Source of the DNA: an uncultured Gemmatimonadales bacterium | GTDB lineage: Bacteria; Gemmatimonadota; Gemmatimonadetes; Gemmatimonadales; Gemmatimonadaceae | Direction of reading: 5' to 3' | Assembly: GCA_963850905.1 (NCBI GenBank) | Contig: CAWKMU010000003.1 | Location: 864,001-928,000 of the forward strand | DNA length: 64,000 nt | In this document: positions 19,167 to 33,397 of the stretch, in pieces | How the letters are laid out: every line of letters begins with the position of its first letter | Position numbering within the stretch: position 1 is the stretch's first letter | Position numbers and translations under genes: made by a program | Notes under the pieces: generated by a model | What the model was told of the DNA's origin: nothing | Seen by the model: the letters and a program-made list of their open reading frames with translations, nothing else | The model's database searches: none

Positions 19167-21337
19167 ATGGCCGAGCGGTCCTTTACGAAGGAAGTCCAGA
19201 AGCTGTACCTCGGCGAGGGCGAGACCTTCCGCGGCGAGGGCATTCTCGCGGTCACCAAGGCGCTGCTCCAGTCCGGCGTGTCATACGTGGCCGGCTATCA
19301 GGGCGCGCCGATCTCGCACCTCATGGACGTCCTCACCGACGCCAACGACATCCTCGAGGAGTTGGGGGTGCATTTCGAGCACAGCGCCTCGGAGGCGACA
19401 GCGGCAGCCACACTCGCGGCGTCGGTCAACTATCCCCTGCGCGGCGCCGTCACCTTCAAGTCGACGGTGGGTACCAACGTCGCCTCTGATGCGCTTGCGA
19501 ACCTGGCGTCGGGTGGCGTCACCGGCGGGGCGCTCATCATCGTCGGCGAGGATTACGGCGACGGCTCGAGCATCATGCAGGAGCGCTCCCACGCGTTCGC
19601 GATGAAGTCGCAGATGTGGCTGCTCGATCCGCGGCCGAATCTGCCCTGATCGTGCGGGCGGTTGAAGAAGGATTCGCCCTGTCCGAGGCAACCAACACAC
19701 CGGTCATGCTCGAGCTCCGCATCCGGGCGTGCCATGTGCACGGCCAGTTCGCCGCCAAGAACAACGTCCGGCCCACCTTCACGCTCAAGGATGCCATCGA
19801 GCATCCAGTTCGCGATGTCACGCGCATCGTGTTGCCACCTGCGAGCTTTCTCCACGAGCAGGAGAAGATCCGCACGCGCTGGCCTGCGGCGCAGCAGTTC
19901 ATCCAGGATCATGCGCTCAACGAGTTCTTCGCGGCCGACGCCCGTGACTTCGGCATCATGTTGCAGGGCGGGATGTACAACGCGACCATCCGGTCGCTGG
20001 AGTTGCTCGGTCTCTCCGACGCGTTCGGCGACTCCAGGATCCCGCTGTACGTCCTGAACGTCACCTATCCGCTCGTCGAGGCTGAAGTCCAGCGGTTCTG
20101 CGCCGGTAAGCGCGGGGTGCTGGTGATCGAAGAGGGACAGCCCGACTTCATCGAGCAGAACTTGCACGCCATCCTGCGGAAGGCGGGGATGGACACGACG
20201 TTGCACGGCAAGGACATGCTGCCGATGGCGGGCGAGTACACCGGCGCCACGGTTACCAAGGGCGTCTTCGCGTTCGTGGACCGGTACGCGCCAAACCTGC
20301 TCGATCGCGCGAAGCTGCCATCCATCGTTCGCCCCGCCCCAGCCCCCACGCCTGCGCCGGGCGCCGCCACTCTGAACGTCGGGGCACAGGTGCATGCCCG
20401 CCCGCCGTCGTTCTGTACGGGGTGCCCTGAGCGACCGATTTTCGCTGCGATGAAGCTCGTGGAGCGCGAGATTGGCCAGCACCATGTCAGCTGCGACATC
20501 GGATGCCACCTGTTCTCGATTCTGCCGCCGTTCAACATCGGCGCGACGACAATGGGGTACGGACTGGGCTGGGCCGGGGCCGCCGCCCTCAACACCAAGA
20601 CGACCAATCGCCGCACGCTCGCCGTGATGGGCGACGGGGGGTTCTGGCACAATGGGCTCACGAGCGGCGTTGGCAATGCCGTCTTCAATCAGAGCGACAA
20701 TGTTTTGATCGTCGTCGACAACACCTACACCGCCGCCACCGGCGGGCAGGACATCCTGTCCTCGGCCGCCACGAATCCCATTCGCACGACACGGCTGTCG
20801 ATCGCCGATGCCGTGCGCGGCGTGGGAGTCAAGTGGGTCCGCACGATCACGAACACCTACGACGTCGCGAAGATGCGCGACACCCTGCGAGAGGCGCTCA
20901 CGACCAAGGAGCGCGGGCCGAAGGTGATCGTCGCGCAAAGCGAGTGCATGCTGAACAAGCAGCGCCGCGTCAAGCCACAGCTCGCGAAAGCAGCGCAAGA
21001 GGGCGTACGCGTCGTGCGCGAGCGATTCGGCGTCGACCCGGATACCTGCACCGGTGACCACTCGTGCATCCGGCTCTCCGGCTGTCCGTCGCTGACGGTC
21101 GCGCCCAACCCCGACCCGCTCCGCCAGGACCCGGTCGCGACGGTGATCGACAGCTGCGTCGGCTGTGGTCTGTGTGGAGAGGTCGCGCACGCCGCAGTCC
21201 TCTGCCCGTCGTTCTATCGCACCGACATCATTTCCAACCCGAGCCTCTGGGAACGCTTCGCGGGCCGTGTCAGACAGGCCGTGATTCGCATCCTGCAGCG
21301 TCGCATCGACCGCCGTTTGGCGGGGGTTTTCGGATGA
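19167..21337 (+). CDS. iorA: Indolepyruvate:ferredoxin oxidoreductase alpha-subunit family (frameshift at about 19647)
   Basis: AGYQGAP, HSASEA, RPPSFCTGCPER, DIGC, ThDP motif GDGG..HN, ferredoxin CVGCGLC; split across ORFs 19167..19649 and 19616..21337. Confidence 0.9.
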
Positions 21338-21464
21338 CGGTTAGTAGCAAAATCAGTGGGCGACCGACGTAGTGGTTGCCCAGGCCTCCGTAACCATTAG
21401 AACCGCCTCTACCCTAACCCCTGTAGTTACGTCTCCTCTCTCCTCTCAGGAGTCCTCCTCTCTC

Positions 21465-22996
21465 GTGGCCGCTCCGCCTCAGGCGGAGCGGCCACGCGCC
21501 ACCACGGTCGCCATTCTCGCAATGGGAGGCGAAGGGGGTGGCGTGTTGGCGGATTGGATCGTGGATGTCGCCGAGCATGCCGGCTACTACGCGCAGACGA
21601 CGTCGGTCCCCGGTGTCGCCCAGCGCACCGGTGCGACGATTTACTACCTGGAGATCTTCCCCGAGGCGGCGGTCGCAAAAGCCGGCCGGCCGCCTGTACT
21701 GTCGCTCATGCCCGTGCCGGGCGAGGTCGACGTCGTCATCGCATCCGAGCTCATGGAGGCCGGCCGCGCCGTGCAACGCGGACTCGTGACCTCTGATCGC
21801 ACGACGCTGATCGCGTCGACCAATCGCGTCTACTCGATGACCGAGCGCACCGCGATGGCAGACGGCCGCGTCGACAGCGCAGCGCTCATCGAGGCGGGGG
21901 CGGCAGCCGCGAAGCGATTCGTACAAGGTGACTTCGCGCAGATCGCGGAAGAGACGCGGAGTGTCATCAGCGCGGCGCTGTTCGGCGCCCTGGCCGCGAC
22001 CAACGTGCTGCCCTTCTCGCGCGAGCAGTACGAGGAGGGGATTCGCCGTGGCGGAGTCGGGGTGACCGCCAGTCTGGCGGCTTTCGGGGCAGGGTTCGCC
22101 ATGGCCTCACAGACCACTGCGCAGCCGGCAGTGACTGCTCCAGCACCCGCGACCACCGCCGAGCCGCCTGTCGGGCCGCGGCTGTATTCGCTGGCGTCTC
22201 GTTTACAACGAGGCTTCCCCGAGGCAGCGCACGACATTCTGTTCGCCGGCATCACGCGACTTGCCGATTATCAGGATGTCCGGTATGCCACGCAGTACCT
22301 CGACCGCCTCGAGCCGATCCGCGAGGTCGACGCACATCGGAATGGGGAATGTGCGCTGCTGCGCGAGACGGGACGCCACCTGGCGCTCTGGATGGCCTAC
22401 GAGGACGCGATTCGCGTCGCGGACCTGAAGATTCGGCGGAGCCGATTCGAGCGCGTCGAGCGTGAGTCTCGAGCGAGGCCCGCCCAGCTGGTACGCATCA
22501 ACGACTTTCTTCATCCGCGCATCGAGGAGATGAGCGACATTCTGCCGGCAGGCATCGGTCGATGGCTGCTTCGCTCGCGCTGGGCAGGAGCCGTAATCGA
22601 TCGATTGACGCGCCGCGGCAAGGTCGTACCTACCACGTCGCTGCACGGGTACCTCCAGCTCTACGCGATCGCCAGCTTGCGACCGGGTCGCCGGCGATCC
22701 TTGCGGTTCGGTCGCGAGCAGGTCGCGATCGACGCGTGGCTCGCGCAGGTGCCCGCGCTGGCGGAACGAGAGTACGAGCTCGCACTCGCCGTCGCCGCAT
22801 GCCCGCGGCTACTCAAGGGCTACGGCGACACACATGCGCGCGGCCTGAAGAATTTTGATGCGGTGATGGCCGCCGTACCCGCGCTACGAGGCCGCACGGA
22901 TGCGGCGTCGCGCCTCCGCGCCCTGCAGGACGCCGCTCTCGCGGACGACACGGGAGAGAGGCTGGCCAAGGCGCTGTGCGACGTCCCGCCGGGCAC

Positions 22997-23000
<4 letters not shown>
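21465..23000 (+). CDS. iorB: Indolepyruvate oxidoreductase beta-subunit family (POR domain plus C-terminal domain)
   Basis: AMGGEGGGVL, SVPGVAQRTGAT, MAYED..RVA, LLKGYG; AGGAG upstream of the GTG. Confidence 0.88.
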
Positions 23001-25282
<2,282 letters not shown>

Positions 25283-25286
<4 letters not shown>

Positions 25287-26080
25287 CAGCGCCCACGAGC
25301 AGTCCACCAGGAGGGCTGGAGGGGAAACACGCGATCGTGACCGGCGGCGGGCGTGGTATTGGCGCGGCCATCACGCGCGCACTGTCGACACACGGCGCGC
25401 GTGTGACGATCGTCGGCCGAGATGAGAGCGCGCTGCGAACGGCGATCCAGTCGCTGGGAGATCCACGGCGCCTGCATGCGGTGCCGGGCGATGTGACGGA
25501 TGCCGAGGTGCTCGCGCGCGCCTTCGACCAGGCGCGAGCCCGATTCGGGCCGATTCAGATCCTGGTCAATAACGCCGGGCAGGCCGGTTCGGCGCCCATT
25601 CGCAAAACGGATCTCGCGCTGTGGCGCCGGCTCATGGCTGTGAACCTCGACGGCGCCTTCCACGCAACTCTGGCGGTCGTGGCCGAAATGACCGCGGCCG
25701 GGTGGGGACGCATCGTGAACATCGCAAGCACCGCTGGACTCGTCGGCTATCGCTACGTGTCGGCCTACTGTGCATCCAAGCACGGCCTGGTCGGCCTCAC
25801 ACGAGCCCTCGGTGTCGAGCTGGCCACCACAGGCGTGACGGTCAACGCGGTCTGTCCCGGCTTTACGGAGACCGATATGCTGACGGACGCGGTCACCGCG
25901 ATCGTCACGAAAACTGGCCGCACGCGGGAGCAAGCCATGGCCGATCTGTTGGCGCACAACCCCCAGCAACGACCCATTCGTCCCGACGAAGTCGCCAACG
26001 CGGTCGTCTGGCTCTGTCTCCCCGGGAGCGAAGCAGTCACCGGCCAAGCGATCGCTGTCTCTGGCGGTGAAATGACATGA
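25283..26080 (+). CDS. SDR family oxidoreductase (abm-cluster type)
   Basis: [25 protein letters not shown]; overlaps the upstream stop. Confidence 0.9.
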
Positions 26081-26111
26081 GCAACCAATCTCCAAGCCCA
26101 CCAACCGTCCC

Positions 26112-26969
26112 ATGACCCGCTTCCTGCCAGGGGAACCCCACTCGCTACCCGGCAACCGCACAACGCTCGCTGAATATCAGAGCCGGCACTTTCGTTACAG
26201 CGTCAGCAACGCCGTGGCCACGATTACGCTCGACCGACCACAGCGCAAGAATCCGCTGACGTTCGATTCGTACGCGGAATTGCGAGACCTGTTCCGCGCG
26301 ATGCCGTATGCGGAAGACGTCCGAGCGATCGTGATCGCGGGGTCGGGCGAGAACTTCTGCTCCGGCGGCGATGTACATGAGATCATCGGCCCGTTGACGA
26401 AGCTCGACATGCCAGGCCTGCTCGCGTTCACGCGGATGACGGGCGATCTCGTCAAGGCGATGCGGGGAGCGCCGCAGCCCATCGTCGCCGCGATCAATGG
26501 CGTGTGCGCAGGCGCCGGAGCGATCCTGGCGCTCGCGTCCGACCTGCGCTTCGGCACCGCGCGCAGCCAGACCGCGTTCCTGTTTACGCGCGTCGGACTT
26601 GCTGGGTGTGACATGGGGGCGTGCGCGCTGCTGCCCCGTCTCATTGGCTCCGGGCGCGCGGCGGAGCTGCTGTATACCGGTCGCAGCATGAGCGGCACCG
26701 AAGCCGAGCGATGGGGATTTGTGAATCGGCTGTGCGAGCCCGCAAGCCTGCTCGGTGAAGCGCATGCCATCGCCGCGGAACTGGCGGCCGGCCCCACCTT
26801 CGCCCACGCGATGACCAAGCGCATGCTGCACCACGAGTGGAGCATGAGCATCGACGATGCGATCGACGCCGAGGCGCAGGCACAGGCCATTTGCATGGCC
26901 ACGAACGATTTTCACCGCGCCTATCACGCGTTTGTGGCGAAGCAGAAGCCGGTATTCGAGGGAAACTGA
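26112..26969 (+). CDS. Enoyl-CoA hydratase family protein
   Basis: [32 protein letters not shown]. Confidence 0.92.
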   Translation: MTRFLPGEPHSLPGNRTTLAEYQSRHFRYSVSNAVATITLDRPQRKNPLTFDSYAELRDLFRAMPYAEDVRAIVIAGSGENFCSGGDVHEIIGPLTKLDMPGLLAFTRMTGDLVKAMRGAPQPIVAAINGVCAGAGAILALASDLRFGTARSQTAFLFTRVGLAGCDMGACALLPRLIGSGRAAELLYTGRSMSGTEAERWGFVNRLCEPASLLGEAHAIAAELAAGPTFAHAMTKRMLHHEWSMSIDDAIDAEAQAQAICMATNDFHRAYHAFVAKQKPVFEGN

Positions 26970-26972
26970 ATC

Positions 26973-28157
26973 ATGCACGGCCGAGAGCATCTCGAGTGGC
27001 CATTCTTCGAGCCGCACCACCGGGCATTCGCCGAGCGACTCGACGAATGGGCGCGCGCCCATGCCGACCCGGCGCGGCCGGCGGACATCGATGCGGCATG
27101 CCGCTCGTTGGTCCATCGCCTCGGTGAAGCCGGGTGGCTCAAACACACCGTTGGCGGGACGGCTTATGGTGGCGTGGCCGACCGAATCGATACGCGCACC
27201 GTGTCCCTCGCGCGCGAAACGCTCGCCTGGTATTCGGGGCTCGCCGATTTTGCATTCGCCATGCAGGGCCTCGGGTCCGGCGCGATCACCCTGTTTGGCA
27301 CCGACGCGCAGCGGGAGCGGTATCTCCCGGGCGTGGCGAGCGGGACCACGATTCCGGCGTTTGCGCTGTCCGAGCCGCAGGCCGGCTCCGACGTCGCTGC
27401 ACTGGAGTGCCGAGCGCGACGCGTGGGCGACGAGTACGTGCTCGACGGCGAAAAGACGTGGATCTCGAACGGAGGCATCGCGGACATCTACGTCGTGTTC
27501 GCCCGAACGGGTGAGGCGCCGGGCGCCAAGGGCATTTCTGCATTCGTGATCGACGCGGAGACGCCGGGCTTCACATGCGCCGAACGGATCGAAGTGATGG
27601 CACCGCACCCGCTGGCACGCCTGACGTTTACGGAATGTCGGATCCCGGCGACGCAGCTGTTGGGTGAAGCCGGGCGCGGGTTCGCGATTGCCATGGCCAC
27701 ACTCGACGTGTTCCGCATCTCGGTCGCCGCGGCAGCGCTCGGCTTTGCCCGCCGGGCGCTGCACGAGGCGCTCCAGCGCGCGACGTCGCGCCGGATGTTC
27801 GGCCAGACGTTGGGCGACTTCCAATTGACACAGGGCAAGGTGTCCGCGATGGTAACGGGCATCGACGCCGCCGCGCTCCTCACCTATCGCGCTGCGTGGC
27901 TCCGCGATCGAGGGCAGCGCGTCACCGTGGAAGCCGCGATGGCGAAATTGACCGCCACGGAGACCGCGCAGCAGGTGATCGACGCGGCGGTGCAGATGTG
28001 TGGCGCGTTGGGTGTCATGAGCGAGGAGCCTGTGGAACGATTGTACCGTGAAATTCGTCCGTTGCGCATTTATGAGGGCGCAAGTGAGGTACAGCAGTTG
28101 ATCATCGGGCGTGGCGTCCTGCAAGCGTATCGAGACCACGAGGCCGCGAGTGGCTGA
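26973..28157 (+). CDS. Acyl-CoA dehydrogenase
   Basis: [35 protein letters not shown]. Confidence 0.93.
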   Translation: MHGREHLEWPFFEPHHRAFAERLDEWARAHADPARPADIDAACRSLVHRLGEAGWLKHTVGGTAYGGVADRIDTRTVSLARETLAWYSGLADFAFAMQGLGSGAITLFGTDAQRERYLPGVASGTTIPAFALSEPQAGSDVAALECRARRVGDEYVLDGEKTWISNGGIADIYVVFARTGEAPGAKGISAFVIDAETPGFTCAERIEVMAPHPLARLTFTECRIPATQLLGEAGRGFAIAMATLDVFRISVAAAALGFARRALHEALQRATSRRMFGQTLGDFQLTQGKVSAMVTGIDAAALLTYRAAWLRDRGQRVTVEAAMAKLTATETAQQVIDAAVQMCGALGVMSEEPVERLYREIRPLRIYEGASEVQQLIIGRGVLQAYRDHEAASG

Positions 28158-28608
28158 GGCGCGAACGGCGCGGAAGCGATCGAGCGCTGGACAGGTCTAC
28201 CGATCGGACATCCGGATTCGGTTCGCGCACTGCGATCCCGCGGGCATCGTGTTCTTTCCGCGGTATCTGGTGATGTTCAACGACCTCGTTGAGGACTGGT
28301 GTCGCGACGAGCTCGGATTCACGTTCGCCGACATCCATACGGGGCGTGGGTGGGGACTGCCGACCGTCCGCCTGGAGGTCGATTATCTGGCACCCAGCCG
28401 GATCGGTGACCAGCTCACCGCGCATCTCAGCGTCCGCGCGATCGGCACCAGCTCGCTTCGCCTGGCGATCGTGCTCCGTGGGCCCAACGATCAAGACCGC
28501 GTCCGCGCCGAGATGGTGGTGGTGCTGACCGATCCGGGCTCCATGCGGGCCACACCGATCCCTGACGACCTGCGCAAACGCATCGCGCCGTTTCATGCGG
28601 CCGACTGA
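28150..28608 (+). CDS. Acyl-CoA thioesterase (4-hydroxybenzoyl-CoA thioesterase family)
   Basis: [17 protein letters not shown] hot-dog motif. Confidence 0.9.
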   Translation: MAEARTARKRSSAGQVYRSDIRIRFAHCDPAGIVFFPRYLVMFNDLVEDWCRDELGFTFADIHTGRGWGLPTVRLEVDYLAPSRIGDQLTAHLSVRAIGTSSLRLAIVLRGPNDQDRVRAEMVVVLTDPGSMRATPIPDDLRKRIAPFHAAD

Positions 28609-29077
28609 CCCCCGATCAGCGGCGCCGGCAGGCGGTCGGTCTGACCCAGCGCCGAGCGGGCGCGACCAGCGGCCGGCTCGCGAGTTGCTGCATCCACCCG
28701 GATGGCCGCGGCCCAAGGGCTATGCCTACGGCGTCGTCGCAGAAGGTCGGGTCGTGTGCCTGAGCGGCATCATCGGGTGGGACGCGCAGGGCCGCCTCGT
28801 CGGTGACGACCTGGTGTCGCAGACGCGCCAGGCGCTCACCACCATCGCGTCCCTCGTTCGCGAGGCGGGCGGGGCGCCGAGCGACATCGTCCGCATGACC
28901 TGGTACGTCGTCGACAAACGGGAATATCTCGCCGCGCAGGAACCCCTGGGCGCCGCGTATCGAGACATCATCGGCCGGCATTTCCCGGCGATGACCGTCG
29001 TCGAGGTCGCGGGACTCCTCGAGGACCGCGCGCGCGTCGAGATCGAGGCGACCGCCATCCTGGGGGGAACGAGTTGA
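28595..29077 (+). CDS. RidA/YjgF family protein
   Basis: PPGWPRPKGY, SG.IG, FPAMT.VEV..L, VEIEATA. Confidence 0.9.
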   Translation: MRPTDPRSAAPAGGRSDPAPSGRDQRPARELLHPPGWPRPKGYAYGVVAEGRVVCLSGIIGWDAQGRLVGDDLVSQTRQALTTIASLVREAGGAPSDIVRMTWYVVDKREYLAAQEPLGAAYRDIIGRHFPAMTVVEVAGLLEDRARVEIEATAILGGTS

Positions 29078-29454
29078 ATACCGATATCGTGCAGCGCCTG
29101 ATCGACGCGTACAACGCCATGGACGCGGACGCCTTGCGCCCGCTGCTCGACGCGGAGGCGAAGCACTCAGCGCCGGGATCGGATTTTGGGGCCGACCTCG
29201 TTGGGTCGCAGAAGATCATCGAGTACTTTCGCACCGGAGTCTTCCCCGCATTTCACTCGGTCCGGTTCGAGGTCGTGCACATGTACGAAGACCAGCGGCA
29301 GGGGGCCGTCGTGGTGGAGTGGCGCAGCCACCTCGAGCCCAAGAGCGGCCGGAACTACAGCAACACCGGCGTCTTCGTCATCGACCTCGCGGGCGGGAAG
29401 ATCGTGTGGGTGCGCGAGTATTTCGATACCGAGAAGTCTCACGCCAACGTGTGA
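29074..29454 (+). CDS. SnoaL/NTF2-like protein
   Basis: YNAMD..L..LL; C-terminal GKI..VREYFD. Confidence 0.85.
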   Translation: MNTDIVQRLIDAYNAMDADALRPLLDAEAKHSAPGSDFGADLVGSQKIIEYFRTGVFPAFHSVRFEVVHMYEDQRQGAVVVEWRSHLEPKSGRNYSNTGVFVIDLAGGKIVWVREYFDTEKSHANV

Positions 29455-29466
29455 TCGCTAGGCCGA

Positions 29467-30192
29467 ATGCCGACTGACCTCAAGAATCGGACGGCCATCG
29501 TCACGGGCGCGGCCCGCGGCCTCGGCCTCGTGATCGCCGAAGATCTCGCGCGCGAAGGCATGCGCGTCGCGGGCGTCGACATCCGGAGCGAGGAATTGGT
29601 GCGCGCCATGGCGGATATCGCGCAACGGCACAGCGTCGAAACGCTCGCGTTCCCAGCGGATGTCGGCGACGAGAAGTCGGTCAAGCACGTGATCGGCGAG
29701 GTACGGCGCCGGTGGGATCGGATCGACGTGCTCGTGAATAACGCGGGCATCCGGCAGATCGCGCCCGTGTGGGACGCGTCGACCGAGCTCTGGGACCGCG
29801 TGCACAACACGAACCTCAAGGGGCCGTTCTTGTTCACGCGCGAGGTGCTCGCGCAGGACATGCGCGCACGCGGCGAGGGCGTGATCATTTTCATTTCGTC
29901 CGGGTCGGGGAAGAAGGGCGAGGAAGACAGCTCGGCCTACTGCGCGTCGAAGTGGGGACTCCTGGGATTCTCCGAGTCCGTCGCCAAGGACCTCAAGAAG
30001 ACGCGCATTCGTGTGACCGCGTTGACGCCCGGCATGATTCTCACGCCCATGGCCGAAGAATCCGAGGTCTGGCATCTCGGACTCGACTGGTTGGATCCCG
30101 CGCCCGTCTCTCAGGCCGTCGTGTTCTGCATCAAGCAAGATCCGGACACGATCATACCCGAGCTGCGCATATATCATAGGGCGCAGGTATAG
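29467..30192 (+). CDS. SDR family oxidoreductase
   Basis: TGAARGLG, NNAG, YCASKWG. Confidence 0.9.
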   Translation: MPTDLKNRTAIVTGAARGLGLVIAEDLAREGMRVAGVDIRSEELVRAMADIAQRHSVETLAFPADVGDEKSVKHVIGEVRRRWDRIDVLVNNAGIRQIAPVWDASTELWDRVHNTNLKGPFLFTREVLAQDMRARGEGVIIFISSGSGKKGEEDSSAYCASKWGLLGFSESVAKDLKKTRIRVTALTPGMILTPMAEESEVWHLGLDWLDPAPVSQAVVFCIKQDPDTIIPELRIYHRAQV

Positions 30193-30195
30193 GGG

Positions 30196-32967
30196 CTATT
30201 CTGCCCTCAACGCCACAATCGGATCGATGCGGGCTGCGCGGCGCGCGGGGATGAGACCGGCGATCGTGATGCAGAGGATGAGGCCTGCGGCCGCCAGGGC
30301 GGAGTTTCGGGGGTCCGTCGGACTCACCCCATAGAGCTGGCTCGCGATCACGCGGCTGGCGATGAACGCGATGGGGATGCCGAGCAGCACACCGATGGCG
30401 CCCTGCACGAGGACGCGCTCGAGCACCATGCCCGTCACGACGCCGCGTCGCGCCCCCAGCGCCATCCGCAGACCGATTTCGCTCGCACGTCGTGACACAC
30501 CGAAGGCGGTCAGCCCATAGAGACCCACGCTCGTGAGCACGAGCGCGAGTAGCCCGAAGAACGTCGCGAGCGCGGCAACGACATCATCTTGGCTGAGCGC
30601 GTTGCTGAGATGATCCGCCACGGTCGCGACGTGCATGACGCTGAGTTTGGGGTCGATACCGGTGAGTGCGGAACGGACTTCGCTCGCAAGGGCGTCCGGC
30701 CGGCCTATCGCCCGGATTTCAATGACGTCGGCGAAATCGGTTTCCGTCAAGACGCCGATCGGATTGTGCGGCGCCTGCAGGAGCGGCAGGAAGGCGGTGG
30801 GGAAAGGATCTTCGCGGATGTCATCGTACTTCGCGTCCTCGACGACGCCGACAATCTCCAGATCCCTGGCCTTGTCCGCGCCCCCGCCAAAACCGAAACG
30901 CTTGCCGATAGGATCATCGTGGGAGAAATAGCGTCGGACAAAGGCCTCGCTCACCACGGCCACGGGCGGGGCATCGGGTGTGTCGCGCGCATCGAATGTG
31001 CGGCCACGGATGAGCTGCGTTCCGATCGTCTGGAAGTAGCGTGTCGACGCCCGATCGATCCGGGCATGGGGTTCCTCGTCCGGCTTGTGGATGTAGCCGT
31101 CGATTGCAATCGAGAATGACGTACAGCACTCGTTGAGGGGACTGTAGGTCGAGAAACTGGCGCTCGTCACGCCGGGAAGCGCGTTGAGCCGTTGCTCCAT
31201 CTCCCGGTACAGCGGTGCCAGTTGCTGGTGGTCGTAGCCAGCGCGTTCGGGATCGACGTTGATCGTCAGCACGTGTGCACGGTCGAATCCGAACTGTTGC
31301 TGTGCCAGGTTCTCCAGGCTGCGCACAAAGGCGCCGGCGCACGTGAGCACAACCACTGACAGGGCGGCTTCGCCAATGATCAGAGCAGCGCCCAGTCCGA
31401 GTCGGGCGCGACGGTGCCCCGACCACTCGTCGGGCGCGGTCGCGCCCTTCATGCCGTGAGCAATTTCGGTCCCAATGTGCAGGGTCGGCAAGACACCGAA
31501 CAGCACCACGGCGACCACGGACAGCGCCAGTGTAAACGCGAGCACCCGGAGGTCCGGCGCGACCTGGATCGGGACGAAGTCCGCTCCCCGAAAGGCCGCG
31601 GCGACGAGGAGCTTCGTGCCAACGCCCGCAATCACCAGTGCCAGCCCTCCGCCGAGGAGGCCCAGGGTGAGGCTTTCCGCCAGTGACTGCCGCATCAGAC
31701 GCCCGCGACCGCCTCCGAGCGCGAGACGAAGCAGTCGTTCCCCCCGGCGGCTCGAGCCGCGTGCGAGCAGGAGCGCGGCAATGTTGGCACAGGCGACGAT
31801 GAGCACCGTCAGTGTGATCGCGAATAGAATCTCGAGGCTGTGGCCATACTCGCGCTTCATCCCGGCAACACCACCACCCGCCGGCGTGAGCTCGATGTAG
31901 TTCGCCAGGATTTGCTGCCGGTCCTCGTCGGAGATGGCCGAGCCTTCCCGGGCGAAGCGCCAGTTTCGCAGCGCGGCGGTGAGGCGAACCTGCGCCCGGG
32001 CGATGGACACATTTGGTTTGAGACGGCCGATGAGGTACAGCCAGTGAGCGTCGGGCGAGTTGACCAGGTTGCGCTGCGGATCCAGCAGCGGTTGGACCGC
32101 GATCGGAAGCCAGAATGCCCGGCGGATCCGCTCGCAGCTTCTCGCCGAAGAATCCGGGCGGCGCAACGCCAATGACCGTGACCGCCACGCCGCTCACGTC
32201 GAGTGTCGACCCGATCGCGGCGGGGTTGTCGCCGAACACACGCTTCCAGTACTCGAAGCTGATCACCGCGACCGGTGGCGCCAATGCCGAATCGTCCGAT
32301 GGAGCAAAGGTCCGGCCGAGTGCGGCAGGGACACCGAGCACGCTGAAATAGTTGCCCGACACGAGCGTCGCTCGAGCCGGCTGGGCCTCCGTCCAATTTG
32401 CACGTCGCACGCTCACCCGCGTCTGATCGCCGCTCTGAACGGCCGCCAGGCCATCAAAGAGATCCAGTGCGTCGAGGTGTCGGTAGAGATCGACCGAGTA
32501 GACCCAGAAGGACCGCGCTTGCGCCGTCCCGACGCCCTCCCCCCGCGCGTCGCCGAGCAGAAGCAAGCCGGCCGGATCACGAATGGGGAGCGACTTGAGG
32601 AGGACGGCGTTGACAAGTGTGAAGATGGCCGTGTTGGCGCCGATACCGAGCGCGAGGCTCAGTACGGCAACCGCGGTGAAGCTTGGCGCCTTGCGCAGCT
32701 GTCGGAGCGCGAAGCGAACGTCCTGCACGAAATCCTCGGCCCACCGCCCACTCCACAGCTCTCGACTGATTTCCTTGAGTTGGGTTGCGTTGCCAAACCG
32801 CCGCCGAGCGGCCAGCACCGCCCCCTCGTCAGTCAATGCTCGCTCGCACGCAGCTGCTCGGCACGAAGGTCGGTGTGCAGCCGCATCTCCTCATCGAGAT
32901 CGGCACTGAACTGGTCGCGGTGGACCCAGAATTGGAGGCGACGCCACAGCTCACCAGGTGACGGCAC
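30196..32967 (-). CDS. ADOP-type duplicated ABC permease (MacB/FtsX family); two frameshifts at about 32840 and 32120
   Basis: LDEEMRLH..., ARRRFGN, QDVRFALRQLRKAP, LALGIGANTAIF, ACANIA.LLLAR, EIGLRMALGA, PARRAARIDP across three frames. Confidence 0.88.
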
Positions 32968-32975
32968 TCTCACTC

Positions 32976-33314
32976 CTAGGCCGGGCGCAGAATGCGCGCG
33001 ATCGCGAACGACACTCGGCGATACGACTCGATTGCATCGGCCAGTTGTTTCTTGCCTGCCGGTGTCAGGCGGTAATACCGCGCGCGCCTGTTGCCAGCCG
33101 TCCTGCTCCATTCTCCAATGATCCATCCCTTAATGAGTATCCGCTGAAGCGCCGGATACAGCGACCCCTCCTCGACCTGAAGCACATCCTGTGATGTCCG
33201 CTGGATGGCGCTGGCGATTTCGAATCCGTGCATCGGACCGCCTCCCGACAGCGTCTTGAGAATGACCATGTCGAGGGTGCCAGGCGGGATCGGCTCATGC
33301 GGCGTCATCGTCAC
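32976..33314 (-). CDS. PadR family transcriptional regulator (acidobacterial type)
   Basis: GTLDMVILKTL..GPMHG, EEGSLYPALQR, NRRARYY.LT. Confidence 0.93.
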   Translation of the reverse strand: MTMTPHEPIPPGTLDMVILKTLSGGGPMHGFEIASAIQRTSQDVLQVEEGSLYPALQRILIKGWIIGEWSRTAGNRRARYYRLTPAGKKQLADAIESYRRVSFAIARILRPA

Positions 33315-33329
33315 ATAGACAGTCTATGT
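33313..33329. promoter_or_regulatory. Putative PadR operator palindrome
   Basis: Perfect ACATAGAC-A-GTCTATGT overlapping the padR start. Confidence 0.65.
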
Positions 33330-33397
33330 TAGTGTCGCGATCCGGTCAATGTCCTGCCCGTTGGGCGCACGTCGGCGGTCCGAGACGACGTCGCGTC

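Noticed and set aside
21338..21464. Possible heptamer element between iorA and iorB (also 18035-18135)
   Set aside because: Only scattered CCCTAAC, TCTCCTC and CCCTGAT units without a recognisable core; too degenerate to call.
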